Assembly (NCBI GenBank): GCA_903929485.1
Contig: CAIYUY010000097.1
Coordinates: forward strand, 3,088 to 67,087
Origin: an uncultured Desulfuromonadales bacterium
GTDB taxonomy: Bacteria > Desulfobacterota > Desulfuromonadia > Geobacterales > CAIOGM01
Length of the DNA stretch: 64,000 bases
Direction: 5' to 3'
This document shows, piece after piece, positions 19,888 to 28,688 of this stretch. The notes below the pieces were generated by a model that ran no database searches, was not told the DNA's origin, and saw only the letters and a program-made list of their open reading frames with translations. A program made the position numbers and the translations under genes. The stretch's first letter is position 1; each line of letters opens with the position of its first letter.

Positions 19888-19996
19888 TACACCCTCACAA
19901 CCGTCTTTATATTTTTAGCAACGTGCGTTTTCACTCCGCCTTCATAACCGTCTTTATATTTTTAGCAACGTGCGTTTTCACTCTACCTTCGTAACC
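19863..19996 (-). repeat. 3 x 47-bp tandem repeat of the rplM RBS and first codons, creating two uORFs (19981..19931 and 19934..19887)
   Basis: On the minus strand: ggttacgaaggtagaGTGaaaacgcacgttgctaaaaatataaagac / ggttatgaaggcggaGTGaaaacgcacgttgctaaaaatataaagac / ggttgtgagggtgtaATGaaaacgcaagttgccaaaaag. Confidence 0.85.
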
Positions 19997-20022
19997 ATGG
20001 TTATAAATGGATACCGGTTTCC

Positions 20023-20051
20023 GAAAGTGCTAAAAGTAGGAGAAAACTGCA
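20023..20051 (-). promoter_or_regulatory. Candidate sigma70-type promoter for the rplM-rpsI leader
   Basis: On the minus strand: TTGACT, 17 nt, TACTTT. Confidence 0.4.
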
Positions 20052-20092
20052 CGGAAGTCAAGTTAAAAAATCCGGCGCCCTCCGCAAGAGAT

Positions 20093-20121
20093 TTGACACG
20101 AGGGGAAATTATGGTTACTAT
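20093..20121 (+). promoter_or_regulatory. Candidate sigma70-type promoter for nadA
   Basis: TTGACA (20093-20098), 17 nt, TACTAT (20116-20121), about 45 nt upstream of the ATG. Confidence 0.5.
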
Positions 20122-20166
20122 TGCCTGCCGCGCACATCAAAGACATATTCCATTCAAGGACAGGCC

Positions 20167-21081
20167 ATGTACCAGGAAGAGCTCAAACGGGAAGTTCGGG
20201 AACTGCTCCGCTCGCGCAATGCGGTGCTGCTGGCCCACAACTACATGCGGGACGAAGTTCAGGAGATCGCCGACATTACCGGAGATTCCCTGGCCCTCTC
20301 CCAGGAGGCAGCCGCCACCGATGCGGAAGTAATCGTCTTCTGCGGGGTCCATTTCATGGCGGAATCCGCCTCTATCCTCGCCCCGGAGAAGATCGTGCTC
20401 CTCCCCCGCCTGGACGCCGGCTGTCCCATGGCGGACATGGTCACCGTGGAAGGGTTGCGCGAACTGAAGAGGCGCCATCCGGGAGTTCCGGTGGTCACCT
20501 ACGTCAACTCCTCGGCCGCAGTGAAGGCGGAGAGCGACATCTGCTGCACCTCGGCCAATGCCGTCAGGGTGGTGGAATCTCTCCCCGACGATGAGATCAT
20601 CTTCGTTCCCGACCGGAACCTGGGAAGATATGTGGCCGGTTTCTCCTCCAAGACCTTCCACTTCTGGGAGGGGTTCTGCCCCACTCATGAGCGGATGACG
20701 GCGGCGGGAGTCCTGCATCTGAAGGAGGAACACCCCGATGCCCTCTTCGTCTGTCACCCCGAATGCGCCCCCCAGCTGTTGGCCCTGGCGGATCATATCT
20801 GTTCCACCTCCGGCATGTACGACTGGTGCCGCACGAGCTCCTCCCGCCGGTTCATCATCGGCACCGAGGCGGGGATTCTCTACCGCCTCCGCCTGGAGAA
20901 CCCGGAAAAAGAGTTCATCCTCGCATCACCGGCCCTGGTCTGCCCCAACATGAAACTGACCTCCCTGGAGGATATCGTTCTTGCCCTGCGGAGCATGTCA
21001 CCGGTGGTTAAGGTTCCCGAGGAGATCCGGATTCCCGCCCGCCGGGCGCTGGAGCGGATGCTGGCGGTTCCCAGAGACTAA
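20167..21081 (+). CDS. nadA: Quinolinate synthase
   Basis: [32 protein letters not shown], 304 aa. Confidence 0.93.
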   Translation: MYQEELKREVRELLRSRNAVLLAHNYMRDEVQEIADITGDSLALSQEAAATDAEVIVFCGVHFMAESASILAPEKIVLLPRLDAGCPMADMVTVEGLRELKRRHPGVPVVTYVNSSAAVKAESDICCTSANAVRVVESLPDDEIIFVPDRNLGRYVAGFSSKTFHFWEGFCPTHERMTAAGVLHLKEEHPDALFVCHPECAPQLLALADHICSTSGMYDWCRTSSSRRFIIGTEAGILYRLRLENPEKEFILASPALVCPNMKLTSLEDIVLALRSMSPVVKVPEEIRIPARRALERMLAVPRD

Positions 21082-21083
21082 CG

Positions 21084-21166
21084 GCGTGAATGGTGAAGAG
21101 TGAATGGTGAATAGATCAAAGTCCTTTCGCTTTTCACCATTCACCATTCACCATTCACGTTTTTTT
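21084..21166 (+). terminator. Rho-independent terminator built from gtgaatggtgaa repeat units
   Basis: The arms cgtgaatggtgaagagtgaatggtgaa and ttcaccattcaccattcaccattcacg pair with 2 mismatches. A T7 run follows. Confidence 0.75.
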
Positions 21167-21201
21167 GCACTTTTCACCATTCACTTTTCACAGAGGTTGA
21201 C

Positions 21202-21735
21202 ATGATTCGTTCTTTTCACGGAGTTCACCCGAATATCGACCCCACGGCCTTCGTGGCGGAGACCGCCGTGGTGGTCGGCGATGTCTCCATGGGGCCCCAG
21301 AGCAGTATCTGGTATAACTGCGTGGCTCGGGGTGACGTGAACTTCATCACCATCGGCGCCCGGAGCAATATCCAGGACCTCACCATGCTCCACGTCACTC
21401 ACAAAAAAGGTGCCGACGACCCCGGCGCGCCGCTGATCATCGGCGACGACGTCACGGTGGGACACAGCGTCACCCTTCACGGTTGCACCATCGGGAACGG
21501 GGTCTTTGTGGGGATGCAGGCGATGATCATGGACAAGGCTGTCATCGGTGAAGGAGCGCTCATCGGGGCTCGGGCCTTGGTCACCGAAGGGACGATTGTT
21601 CCTCCCCACACCCTCTGGATCGGCGCCCCGGCCAAGTACAAGCGGGATCTCACCCCGGACGAGCGTGCCTGGCTCCAACGCTCCGCCGGCAATTACGTCC
21701 GGTACGCGGAAGAGTACCGCAACGACCGCTCGTAA
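21202..21735 (+). CDS. Gamma-carbonic-anhydrase-like LbH protein (YrdA/PaaY family)
   Basis: Hexapeptide repeats, SIWYN.V.RGD, H-containing IGD.VTVGH motifs, 177 aa. Confidence 0.88.
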   Translation: MIRSFHGVHPNIDPTAFVAETAVVVGDVSMGPQSSIWYNCVARGDVNFITIGARSNIQDLTMLHVTHKKGADDPGAPLIIGDDVTVGHSVTLHGCTIGNGVFVGMQAMIMDKAVIGEGALIGARALVTEGTIVPPHTLWIGAPAKYKRDLTPDERAWLQRSAGNYVRYAEEYRNDRS

Positions 21736-21791
21736 TTCGCCAACGTTGCATCCCCTACGGAACGAGGATATAATCGTCCGGCCCAAAAGAG

Positions 21792-22709
21792 TCAGCGGTT
21801 ATTCCGCAGCAGTTCGACGCTGATTCCGGCGACCTCCGCCGCCTCCTCCGGACTCATTCCCTTCTCAATCAGGCAGCGGGCAACCTCCACCTTCCCCTCC
21901 TGTTTGCCGGCCTGCATGCCGGCCTCCATCCCCGCCTGCATCCCTTCTTCCCTACCCTCCAAACGGCCAAGCCCATAGTTGGATTCGATAAGGCTGGCTT
22001 GATAGCTCAGCTCATACTGATAGCGTTCATATGCCAAGCGCTCTTTCTCCGGCAGGCTTAACAGGGAAAAGGCTTTTTTCGCCTGTTGTATCCCCTTGGC
22101 TTTGAATTCAACCTTGATCTCTTCGTTTTTCAGAAAATAGATCCACTCGTCCAGGGACGTTGTCGCCACGTCGTTAAAGTTATTGATCCGGAGCAGATAA
22201 TACTCGGGGAAGAGGTGGTGAATCTGCTCCTTGCCGTACAGTTTTTGCTGCCTGCTGCTGAGTTCCAACTGGTCGTGATCGTGAATACCGGTAAAACTAG
22301 TGACGCCGCGATAGATATAGTCGCTACCATGCCCCAGATCGAAATAGAGAATGTTGACGGAGATGACTTTCACCAAGTGGGAAAACGGTTCTCCTTCCCG
22401 TTGATGCTCGGTTATGGCGCGGGATGTCCCGTACAGCATCCGTTGCAGGTAGTCATGCTCCCGTTCGTACTGGAGTTCGATGAGGATGATCTCGCCGGCG
22501 CTGTTTTTCACCTTCAGATCGACCCGGTTGAACTTGTCGCCAACACTCTCCTTGTTGCTTTCGCTCTCCAGAATTTCCAGGATCACGATATCTTCACAAA
22601 GCAGTTCACTCAAGAATCCTTCCAGGATCTCGAAGTTGGCCTTGCTTCGCAGTAGTCGTTTCATGGCCCAATCAAAGGTGATCAGCTTGCGTTTGAGTTC
22701 CGTTTTCAT
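21792..22709 (-). CDS. Rpn/YhgA-like recombination-promoting nuclease (PDDEXK_2, transposase_31 family)
   Basis: The core reads DKFNRVDLKV...GEIILIELQYE (PD-(D/E)XK). The C-terminus has a repeated EGxxxGxxxG region and a helix-turn-helix-like tail. Confidence 0.75.
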   Translation of the reverse strand: MKTELKRKLITFDWAMKRLLRSKANFEILEGFLSELLCEDIVILEILESESNKESVGDKFNRVDLKVKNSAGEIILIELQYEREHDYLQRMLYGTSRAITEHQREGEPFSHLVKVISVNILYFDLGHGSDYIYRGVTSFTGIHDHDQLELSSRQQKLYGKEQIHHLFPEYYLLRINNFNDVATTSLDEWIYFLKNEEIKVEFKAKGIQQAKKAFSLLSLPEKERLAYERYQYELSYQASLIESNYGLGRLEGREEGMQAGMEAGMQAGKQEGKVEVARCLIEKGMSPEEAAEVAGISVELLRNNR

Positions 22710-22820
22710 GGCGTCTCCTCCAATCGGGGCATGGCCGTCCGGAGAGTTTGATTAACTGTTCATAAGCTACTTCGATTCACCGTATCGTGTCAAGAGATTC
22801 GTCCCCATCCCTATCCTATA

Positions 22821-22925
22821 CCCTCCGGATCGGCGCCCCGGCCAAGTACAAGCGGGACCTCACCCGGGATGAACGTGCCTGGCTTCAGCGCTACGCCGCG
22901 AAGTACTGCAACGACCGCTCGTAAT
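22821..22925 (+). pseudogene. Orphan second copy of the last about 33 codons of the gamma-CA-like gene
   Basis: 22821-22925 aligns to 21611-21735 at roughly 85-90% identity with a 15-nt deletion, including the stop and the trailing cgctcgtaat.cgcc. Confidence 0.8.
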
Positions 22926-23348
22926 CCGCCGATTTAGCTTGTCATCACCGGAGGCCGTGAGATTTCTTCCGACCTTTGGTGCGTGCAAAAATGTTCCTGA
23001 AACATTTCTTCCGGCACTCTAACCGTAAAAACATCATACCATCACGTCAGGAATTCAGGACACGTATCGGTGTGCAGGCGACACAAACCAATATTGACCG
23101 CAAGGAAGCAACCACGACGATTGCCGAACGACTGGCAGGCCAGATTGCGGCATACTTCAGGTAAGAGGCATCCCATTCAGATTCTTCCGCCATGGGGCCG
23201 GGGAAACTTTCTCCGGCCCGATCCGCGACCGGAGGTCACCGTCCCAAAACAGTGATAAATTTTGCCTTTATTTACTAAGGAGTTTGCGCTATCGTCAGCC
23301 ACCTTCTCGCATTCCGATCACAACTCTCTTCATTTTTGGGGCCGCTCC

Positions 23349-23918
23349 ATGCTCGATTCACCGAATGGCGACCTGCTGGAAAACTACCGGCGCCTCATCT
23401 CCCGCGTGGATGAGCTCTGCCGGAGGATTGAGGCGCAGTTTCGCTCCGTCATTGCCTGCACCGACGGCTGCGACGGCTGCTGCCGCCATCTGTCGCTCTT
23501 CCCCGTGGAGGCGGTCGCCCTGGCTCTCTCCCTTCAGGAACTGCCGCTACCCGACCGCCTCCGTATTGCGCAACGCGCCGCTGACTCCCTCCCCACCGAC
23601 CCCTGTCCCCTGCTGGATCAGCACCGCTGCACCCTCTACCAGGCCCGCCCCTTGATCTGCCGGACCCACGGCCTGCCGCTCCTGATACGGCGTGACGACA
23701 AACGACAGGTCGATTACTGTCCCCTCAACTTCCGCGGACTCTCCTCCCTGCCGGGGGGGGCGATCATTGATCTGGACAAGCTGAACCAAACCCTCGTCGC
23801 GGTGAATTTACGCTTCACGACGATGGCGGCGCTCACGTCACCCTGGGCGGAACGTCTCACCATTGGCCAAGCGCTCCTCCTGGAGTTTCCTCATTCCTGC
23901 TTTTTATCGGGAAAATAA
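23349..23918 (+). CDS. YkgJ-family cysteine-cluster protein (UPF0153)
   Basis: CTDGCDGCC...CPLL....C.LY..RP..CR..G; ATG at 23349. Confidence 0.75.
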   Translation: MLDSPNGDLLENYRRLISRVDELCRRIEAQFRSVIACTDGCDGCCRHLSLFPVEAVALALSLQELPLPDRLRIAQRAADSLPTDPCPLLDQHRCTLYQARPLICRTHGLPLLIRRDDKRQVDYCPLNFRGLSSLPGGAIIDLDKLNQTLVAVNLRFTTMAALTSPWAERLTIGQALLLEFPHSCFLSGK

Positions 23919-23938
23919 TATCCCCCGCGCCGAATCCA

Positions 23939-23968
23939 TTGACTCAACGGCCCGACTCCGGCTATAAT
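23939..23968 (+). promoter_or_regulatory. Candidate sigma70-type promoter for the cytochrome gene
   Basis: TTGACT (23939-23944), 18 nt, TATAAT (23963-23968). Confidence 0.5.
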
Positions 23969-24019
23969 CTTGCCTGCCCGTTTTTTACCGACGGCGCCAT
24001 CCATCGCGAAGGAGGATTC

Positions 24020-24925
24020 ATGAAAAAAATGCCACATCCAAGAGGGCTGCTGCTCCTCGTCTCCGGGTTGCTGCTTGCCGCAACCACGGCTTTCGCCGCG
24101 ACCCCTACCTCGTCCGTGACGAAAGTCACACTGGGGAGCGGTGACTGCGCCAAGTGCCACACTGCCCAACCGGCGGACATAGCCGCCGCTGGGGGGAAAC
24201 ACAAGAGCGAAATCGAGTGCATCGATTGCCACACCGGCCATCGTCCGTCGTCACCGAAGAACATCCCTGAGTGTAGTAATTGCCACTCGGGCAAACCCCA
24301 TTTTCAGACACCGGGTTGCCTGAACTGTCACAAGAATCCCCATACCCCTTTGAATATAACCTTTACCGGCAACCTCACCGAACCGTGCATGGCCTGCCAC
24401 ACTCCGCAGATCACCCAACTTAGAGAGAACAAAAGTAAACATACGCTTCTGGCCTGCACCATCTGTCACCGCGTTCATCGGCAGATTCCCCAGTGCGTTC
24501 AGTGCCACAAACCGCATTCGGCCGAGATGACCGCCGCCGACTGCAAACAGTGTCACAAGCCTCACATGCCCAAAGTCGTCACCTACGCCGCCACCATTCC
24601 CAACAAGACCTGCGGCGCCTGTCACCCGAAGGCGTTCACCCTGCTCACCGCCAGCAAGGCCAAGCATGGCAAACTTGCCTGCGCCTTCTGTCACAAGGAA
24701 AAACACAAGACCGTGCCCAAGTGTCAGGATTGTCACGGGACGCCTCACCCCGCCGGCATGATGGCCAAATTCGCCAAGTGCGGCGATTGCCACGGCATTG
24801 CCCACGACATCAACAACTGGGTTGATAAAGGCCCGGCGGCCGCCAAAGAGGAGCCCGTGAAGAAGGACGCTCCCAAGAAGGAAACTCCGAGGAAAGAGTC
24901 CACCAAGAAGAGCAAGAAACAGTAA
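24020..24925 (+). CDS. Periplasmic dodecahaem c-type cytochrome (three tandem four-haem modules) with a Lys-rich tail
   Basis: Signal peptide MKKMPHPRGLLLLVSGLLLAATTAFA. Twelve CxxCH motifs in a pattern that repeats three times. gaaggagg RBS. The tail reads KEEPVKKDAPKKETPRKESTKKSKKQ. Confidence 0.9.
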   Translation: MKKMPHPRGLLLLVSGLLLAATTAFAATPTSSVTKVTLGSGDCAKCHTAQPADIAAAGGKHKSEIECIDCHTGHRPSSPKNIPECSNCHSGKPHFQTPGCLNCHKNPHTPLNITFTGNLTEPCMACHTPQITQLRENKSKHTLLACTICHRVHRQIPQCVQCHKPHSAEMTAADCKQCHKPHMPKVVTYAATIPNKTCGACHPKAFTLLTASKAKHGKLACAFCHKEKHKTVPKCQDCHGTPHPAGMMAKFAKCGDCHGIAHDINNWVDKGPAAAKEEPVKKDAPKKETPRKESTKKSKKQ

Positions 24926-24961
24926 CCCACCGTATGCAACGGCGGTAATGATCAGAAAAAT

Positions 24962-24992
24962 AAGGGGGGCTGTCCAGTGGACAGCCCCCCTT
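24962..24992 (+). terminator. GC-rich hairpin after the cytochrome gene
   Basis: aaggggggctgtcc / ggacagcccccctt, followed by ttatcatat. Confidence 0.6.
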
Positions 24993-25244
24993 ATCATATC
25001 TAAACCACTGGAAAGGATATGGGGATTCCCATCGTTTTGCGTGACGCCAGTCACATACATCTTTTTCCGCCTGCGATAGAGTGAGCCTGTCGCATTGGAG
25101 CAGTTCCCAGCAAAGCCACCCCCAGCCCCTTGATTCTTCCACCATTTTCATTTATCTGTCGTCAAATTTCCAGCCGAAATTTCCTTGAGGCTCCGTGATC
25201 TCCACGGAGAGTAACAGCCGTTTTTGAGATTAAAGGAGAAAAAA

Positions 25245-26951
25245 ATGTTTCACCCCCCCGCAGGCGCCCCGCTTCATCCTCTGGGAACAAAAGCCCGGGT
25301 TCTTCTTTCCAGTGTCTTCGGCCCGTATGGGCAGGACGACCAGTACGGCAGCCGCAAAGCCAACCCCATGGAGCTGTACCAAAATCAGGTAACCCGCCTT
25401 CAGGGTGGTTTCTCCCTCCGTATGTTCCACCGATCCTTCGGGCTGATGATGATACAGGAAAATCTCGACGCACCCTGCACACTTCTGGATTTCCCTACCC
25501 TGGAGAGTTTCACAAACCGGATCGTTCAACAAAGCTACGACGTTATCGGCATCAGCGGCATTATCGCCAATGTGGGCAAGGTGGCAAAGATGTGCCGGGT
25601 GATCCGCGGCTATCAACCGGGGGCGATAATTGTCATTGGCGGACATATCGCCAACAAGGAGGGACTTGACCATATGATCGATGCCGACCTCATCGTTCGT
25701 GGTGAAGGTATCCGTTGGTTTCAACGTTACCTGGGTCAGGATGACCAAAAGCCCATAAAACACCCCGCGGTCTTTTCCGGGTTCGGCTCGAAAGCCATGG
25801 GGTTACCTCTTGGCGACACCCCGGATCGGACCGCGGCGATCCTGATCCCCTCTGTCGGCTGCCCCATGGGGTGTAACTTCTGCTCCACCTCCGCGCAGTT
25901 CGGCGGGAAAGGGAAATTCATCGATTTTTTTGAGACAGGTGATGAGCTGTTTACCGTCATGGGCGACATTGAGCGGAAGCTGAAGGTCCGCTCCTTCTTT
26001 GTGCTGGATGAGAATTTTCTGCTGCACCGAAAACGGGCTCTGCGGTTGTTGGAGCTGATGGAGGCTAACGGCAAAAACTGGTCACTCTCCGTATTCAGCT
26101 CGGCGCGGGTGCTTAAATCCTATTCCATGGATCAGTTATTGGGATTGGGAATCGGTTTTGTCTGGATGGGTCTGGAAGGAGAGGGGAGCGCCTATGACAA
26201 GCTCAAGGGTGTTGATACCCTCGCCCTGGTGCAACATCTGCAAGGCAACGGCATCCGGGTTCTCGGTTCATCAATTCTCGGCCTGGAGGAACACCGCCCG
26301 GAAGAGCTGGGGGCAATCATAGAGTACGCCGTCCGTCATGACACGGTTTTTCATCAGTTCATGCTCTATACGCCGATTCCAGGGACTCCCCTTCATGAAA
26401 AGCACCGGCAGGAGGGGACTCTCCTTCCTGAATCGGAATTTCCCTTTGCCGATGCCCATGGTCAGTATCGTTTCAACTATCGCCACCCGCATTTTGAAAA
26501 CGGTGAGGAAGAGAAGCATCTGCTGGACGCCTTCCGGATGGATTTTGATGCCAACGGCCCCAGTCTCCTCCGGATTTTCCGGGTACTCCTGAACGGTTGG
26601 CAGAAGCACAAAAGGCATTCCCCCGGCGTTGGGAAACGCCTTGCCTGGGAAGCTGCGCCGCTTCGCTCCACCTACGCCGGGGCTGTCTGGGCGATGAAAC
26701 GGTATTATCATCTGAATGTGCGGATTCGGGAAAAGGCGGAAACTCTTCTTGAGGATATCTATGCTGAATTCGGCTGGAAGACACGCCTGACAGCCCCGCT
26801 TATGGGCCGGTATGTTTTCAGGCGGCTGAAGAAAGAGGAGGAACAACTTGCCGCCGGCCGGAGCTATGAACCCCGGTTCTTTTGCGAGAATAATGCCGCG
26901 GCGACGGCTCTTGAGAAGGGGGGATCAGTTACCCGTACTCATGGCTTTTAA
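25245..26951 (+). CDS. B12-binding-domain radical SAM protein (class B)
   Basis: An N-terminal cobalamin-binding-like region (DVIGISGI...VIGGHIA), then GCPMGCNFC (CX3CX2C); aaaggag RBS. Confidence 0.85.
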   Translation: MFHPPAGAPLHPLGTKARVLLSSVFGPYGQDDQYGSRKANPMELYQNQVTRLQGGFSLRMFHRSFGLMMIQENLDAPCTLLDFPTLESFTNRIVQQSYDVIGISGIIANVGKVAKMCRVIRGYQPGAIIVIGGHIANKEGLDHMIDADLIVRGEGIRWFQRYLGQDDQKPIKHPAVFSGFGSKAMGLPLGDTPDRTAAILIPSVGCPMGCNFCSTSAQFGGKGKFIDFFETGDELFTVMGDIERKLKVRSFFVLDENFLLHRKRALRLLELMEANGKNWSLSVFSSARVLKSYSMDQLLGLGIGFVWMGLEGEGSAYDKLKGVDTLALVQHLQGNGIRVLGSSILGLEEHRPEELGAIIEYAVRHDTVFHQFMLYTPIPGTPLHEKHRQEGTLLPESEFPFADAHGQYRFNYRHPHFENGEEEKHLLDAFRMDFDANGPSLLRIFRVLLNGWQKHKRHSPGVGKRLAWEAAPLRSTYAGAVWAMKRYYHLNVRIREKAETLLEDIYAEFGWKTRLTAPLMGRYVFRRLKKEEEQLAAGRSYEPRFFCENNAAATALEKGGSVTRTHGF

Positions 26952-28069
26952 GGAGTTGACACCGCTGCCGCATCAGGCTTGGCGGCGCCTTCATGGCATG
27001 ACAGGAACAGGGCGGCCATGAATCGGTGGGCTCTTTCCCGATCGCCGGGAGAGAGGGCCGCAAGCGGCGTCGGCCTGCGAAAACGGTTCAGAAAACGCCG
27101 CCCGGACCAGCCGAGGAGCTGATTTTCTCCGCCAAATCGTGTGGTTATCCGTACCCTGCCTGGAAGGAGAGCGCCGGCGACTCCCGTCAGACAGGGGTTC
27201 AGCACCACCATGGCGTCAGGAGTACTGTCTCTTCTTTGGCTGTTCTCCCGCACCGCATAGAGGACGAAATTGTCAGCGGAGCACTGTTCCCGTTCAAGAA
27301 CTCGCAGTCGTTCCTCTTCCTTTTCGATTTCCTGCATGGCTCCGTCGTGGGCATAGCGAAGCACCTTCAGCCCCGCCTCCTTGAGAAGCAGGAGTACCTC
27401 GTCTATTCGGTATGTCCGGGCGCAAGGGTGCAGCAGTGCATCGGCAAGCCCCACGTCATCGTCCATTTCACGGGATGCCTCGAAAAAAGCCCGCAGGCGT
27501 GATCCGGGGGGAGCACGCCGGACCATCTCCCGCGCGGTTTTGACGGAGGTGACTCCCAGCAGACGAAAGGCGAGGCGGAGCGCCTCCTTGTCCCGTCGGG
27601 CGGTTCGGCTGTAAAGCATGAGACGAATAATGCCGCCAGGCGCCGCTCTTTGTACCAACGCCCGCAACCCCTTGAGAGGGTCTTGAAGGTGGTGGAGAAC
27701 CCCATAGGCGTCAATCAGGCCGAACGGTCCCGGCGCCACGGTTTTCTCTTCAAGATCGCCCACCACGAAGCGGACGTTGCGGCGGCCGTGGAGCAGGCAG
27801 TGAAGGCGGGCTCTCTTGAGGCTCTTTTGGGAAAGATCAAGCGCCGTGACAGTGCAGTCCGGGTTGGCCAGTGAGAACGGGTATGGCGCGAAGGTGCCGC
27901 ATCCGGCGATCAGGATGGCCCGCGCCTGGGGAGGGGGCGGTTCGCCGTTGGCGTGCCTCCAGAGGGATTGAAGATTGAGGGCGTAGGTATCCCGGGACCG
28001 GATGGAGGCCAAGAGAGGATAGCGGGGATAGGGGTACTGCTCGTAATGTTGTTGCACAAGTTCAGACAT
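26948..28069 (-). CDS. Class I SAM-dependent methyltransferase
   Basis: ILIAGCGTF...ALDLS...VGDL...LHHL motif series, 373 aa. Confidence 0.8.
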   Translation of the reverse strand: MSELVQQHYEQYPYPRYPLLASIRSRDTYALNLQSLWRHANGEPPPPQARAILIAGCGTFAPYPFSLANPDCTVTALDLSQKSLKRARLHCLLHGRRNVRFVVGDLEEKTVAPGPFGLIDAYGVLHHLQDPLKGLRALVQRAAPGGIIRLMLYSRTARRDKEALRLAFRLLGVTSVKTAREMVRRAPPGSRLRAFFEASREMDDDVGLADALLHPCARTYRIDEVLLLLKEAGLKVLRYAHDGAMQEIEKEEERLRVLEREQCSADNFVLYAVRENSQRRDSTPDAMVVLNPCLTGVAGALLPGRVRITTRFGGENQLLGWSGRRFLNRFRRPTPLAALSPGDRERAHRFMAALFLSCHEGAAKPDAAAVSTP

Positions 28070-28303
28070 GACCCTCCTGGGTGACGGATCCGCATGCCGG
28101 TTTCAGGCTGTTTTCGGGCTGAACGACTCTTGACTTTATCTCGTCAGCATGTATCCTGACCGGGCTGCCGTTACACTTAAAATCCGGCGTTTTCAACGTA
28201 ACCGAGGAAATCCGGCCGGAACCACGAAAATGGGACGCTTGCTCCGATTATCATCGGACTAAACGTCCCTGTCAGGCACAAAAAGAGGAGCGAAAGGCCC
28301 GCC

Positions 28304-28507
28304 ATGAAACTTACCTGCCATAAGGGAACTCCCGAATTGTATCCGGAAAACTGCGCTACCGATTGTCCCGAACCTGATGACTGCACCCTCAACGACATGG
28401 CCAAGGAGGGGGTGGTGTTCAGCTGGCTGCCCGGTGGGAAAAGCTGTGACTGTTCGACCTGTGTCGATGTTGATCCTGTCTGTGGGAAGGAGAAGCCCGG
28501 TCAGTAG
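28304..28507 (+). CDS. Small cysteine-rich acidic protein (67 aa, 8 Cys), function unknown
   Basis: ORF with a purine-rich stretch (aagaggagcgaaagg) upstream. It diverges from the methyltransferase. I recognise no homologue. Confidence 0.4.
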   Translation: MKLTCHKGTPELYPENCATDCPEPDDCTLNDMAKEGVVFSWLPGGKSCDCSTCVDVDPVCGKEKPGQ

Positions 28508-28688
28508 AACTCCTGATTAATGCCGTGACAACGACTGTCTCGACGTTGAAGTTGTTATCATCATCGTCAAACTCCTCTTCCTCTGCCGCCATATCCCCAA
28601 CCGGCTCCTCCGTATATGGTAGGGAACAGGTGAGAAGTTACGTAGCAGATTCCCCTTCAAAAAACAACCCGAGAGTAGGAGCGCATGG

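Noticed and set aside
18970-19947. 325-aa plus-strand ORF
   Set aside because: It lies antisense to rpsI and rplM.
22976-23164. 62-aa ORF between the orphan gene end and the YkgJ-like gene
   Set aside because: It has only a vague resemblance (..LAGQIAAYF) to MGMT N-termini, and no RBS. It may be another fragment, but this is unsupported.
23919-24019. GEMM-type cyclic-dinucleotide riboswitch upstream of the cytochrome. I also checked upstream of the cassettes (48.36-48.70 kb and 53.27-53.40 kb).
   Set aside because: The leaders are short or lack the conserved GEMM core strings I looked for (GGCAAACC / ACGCAAAGC). This was only an eyeball check, so a covariance-model scan would be decisive.
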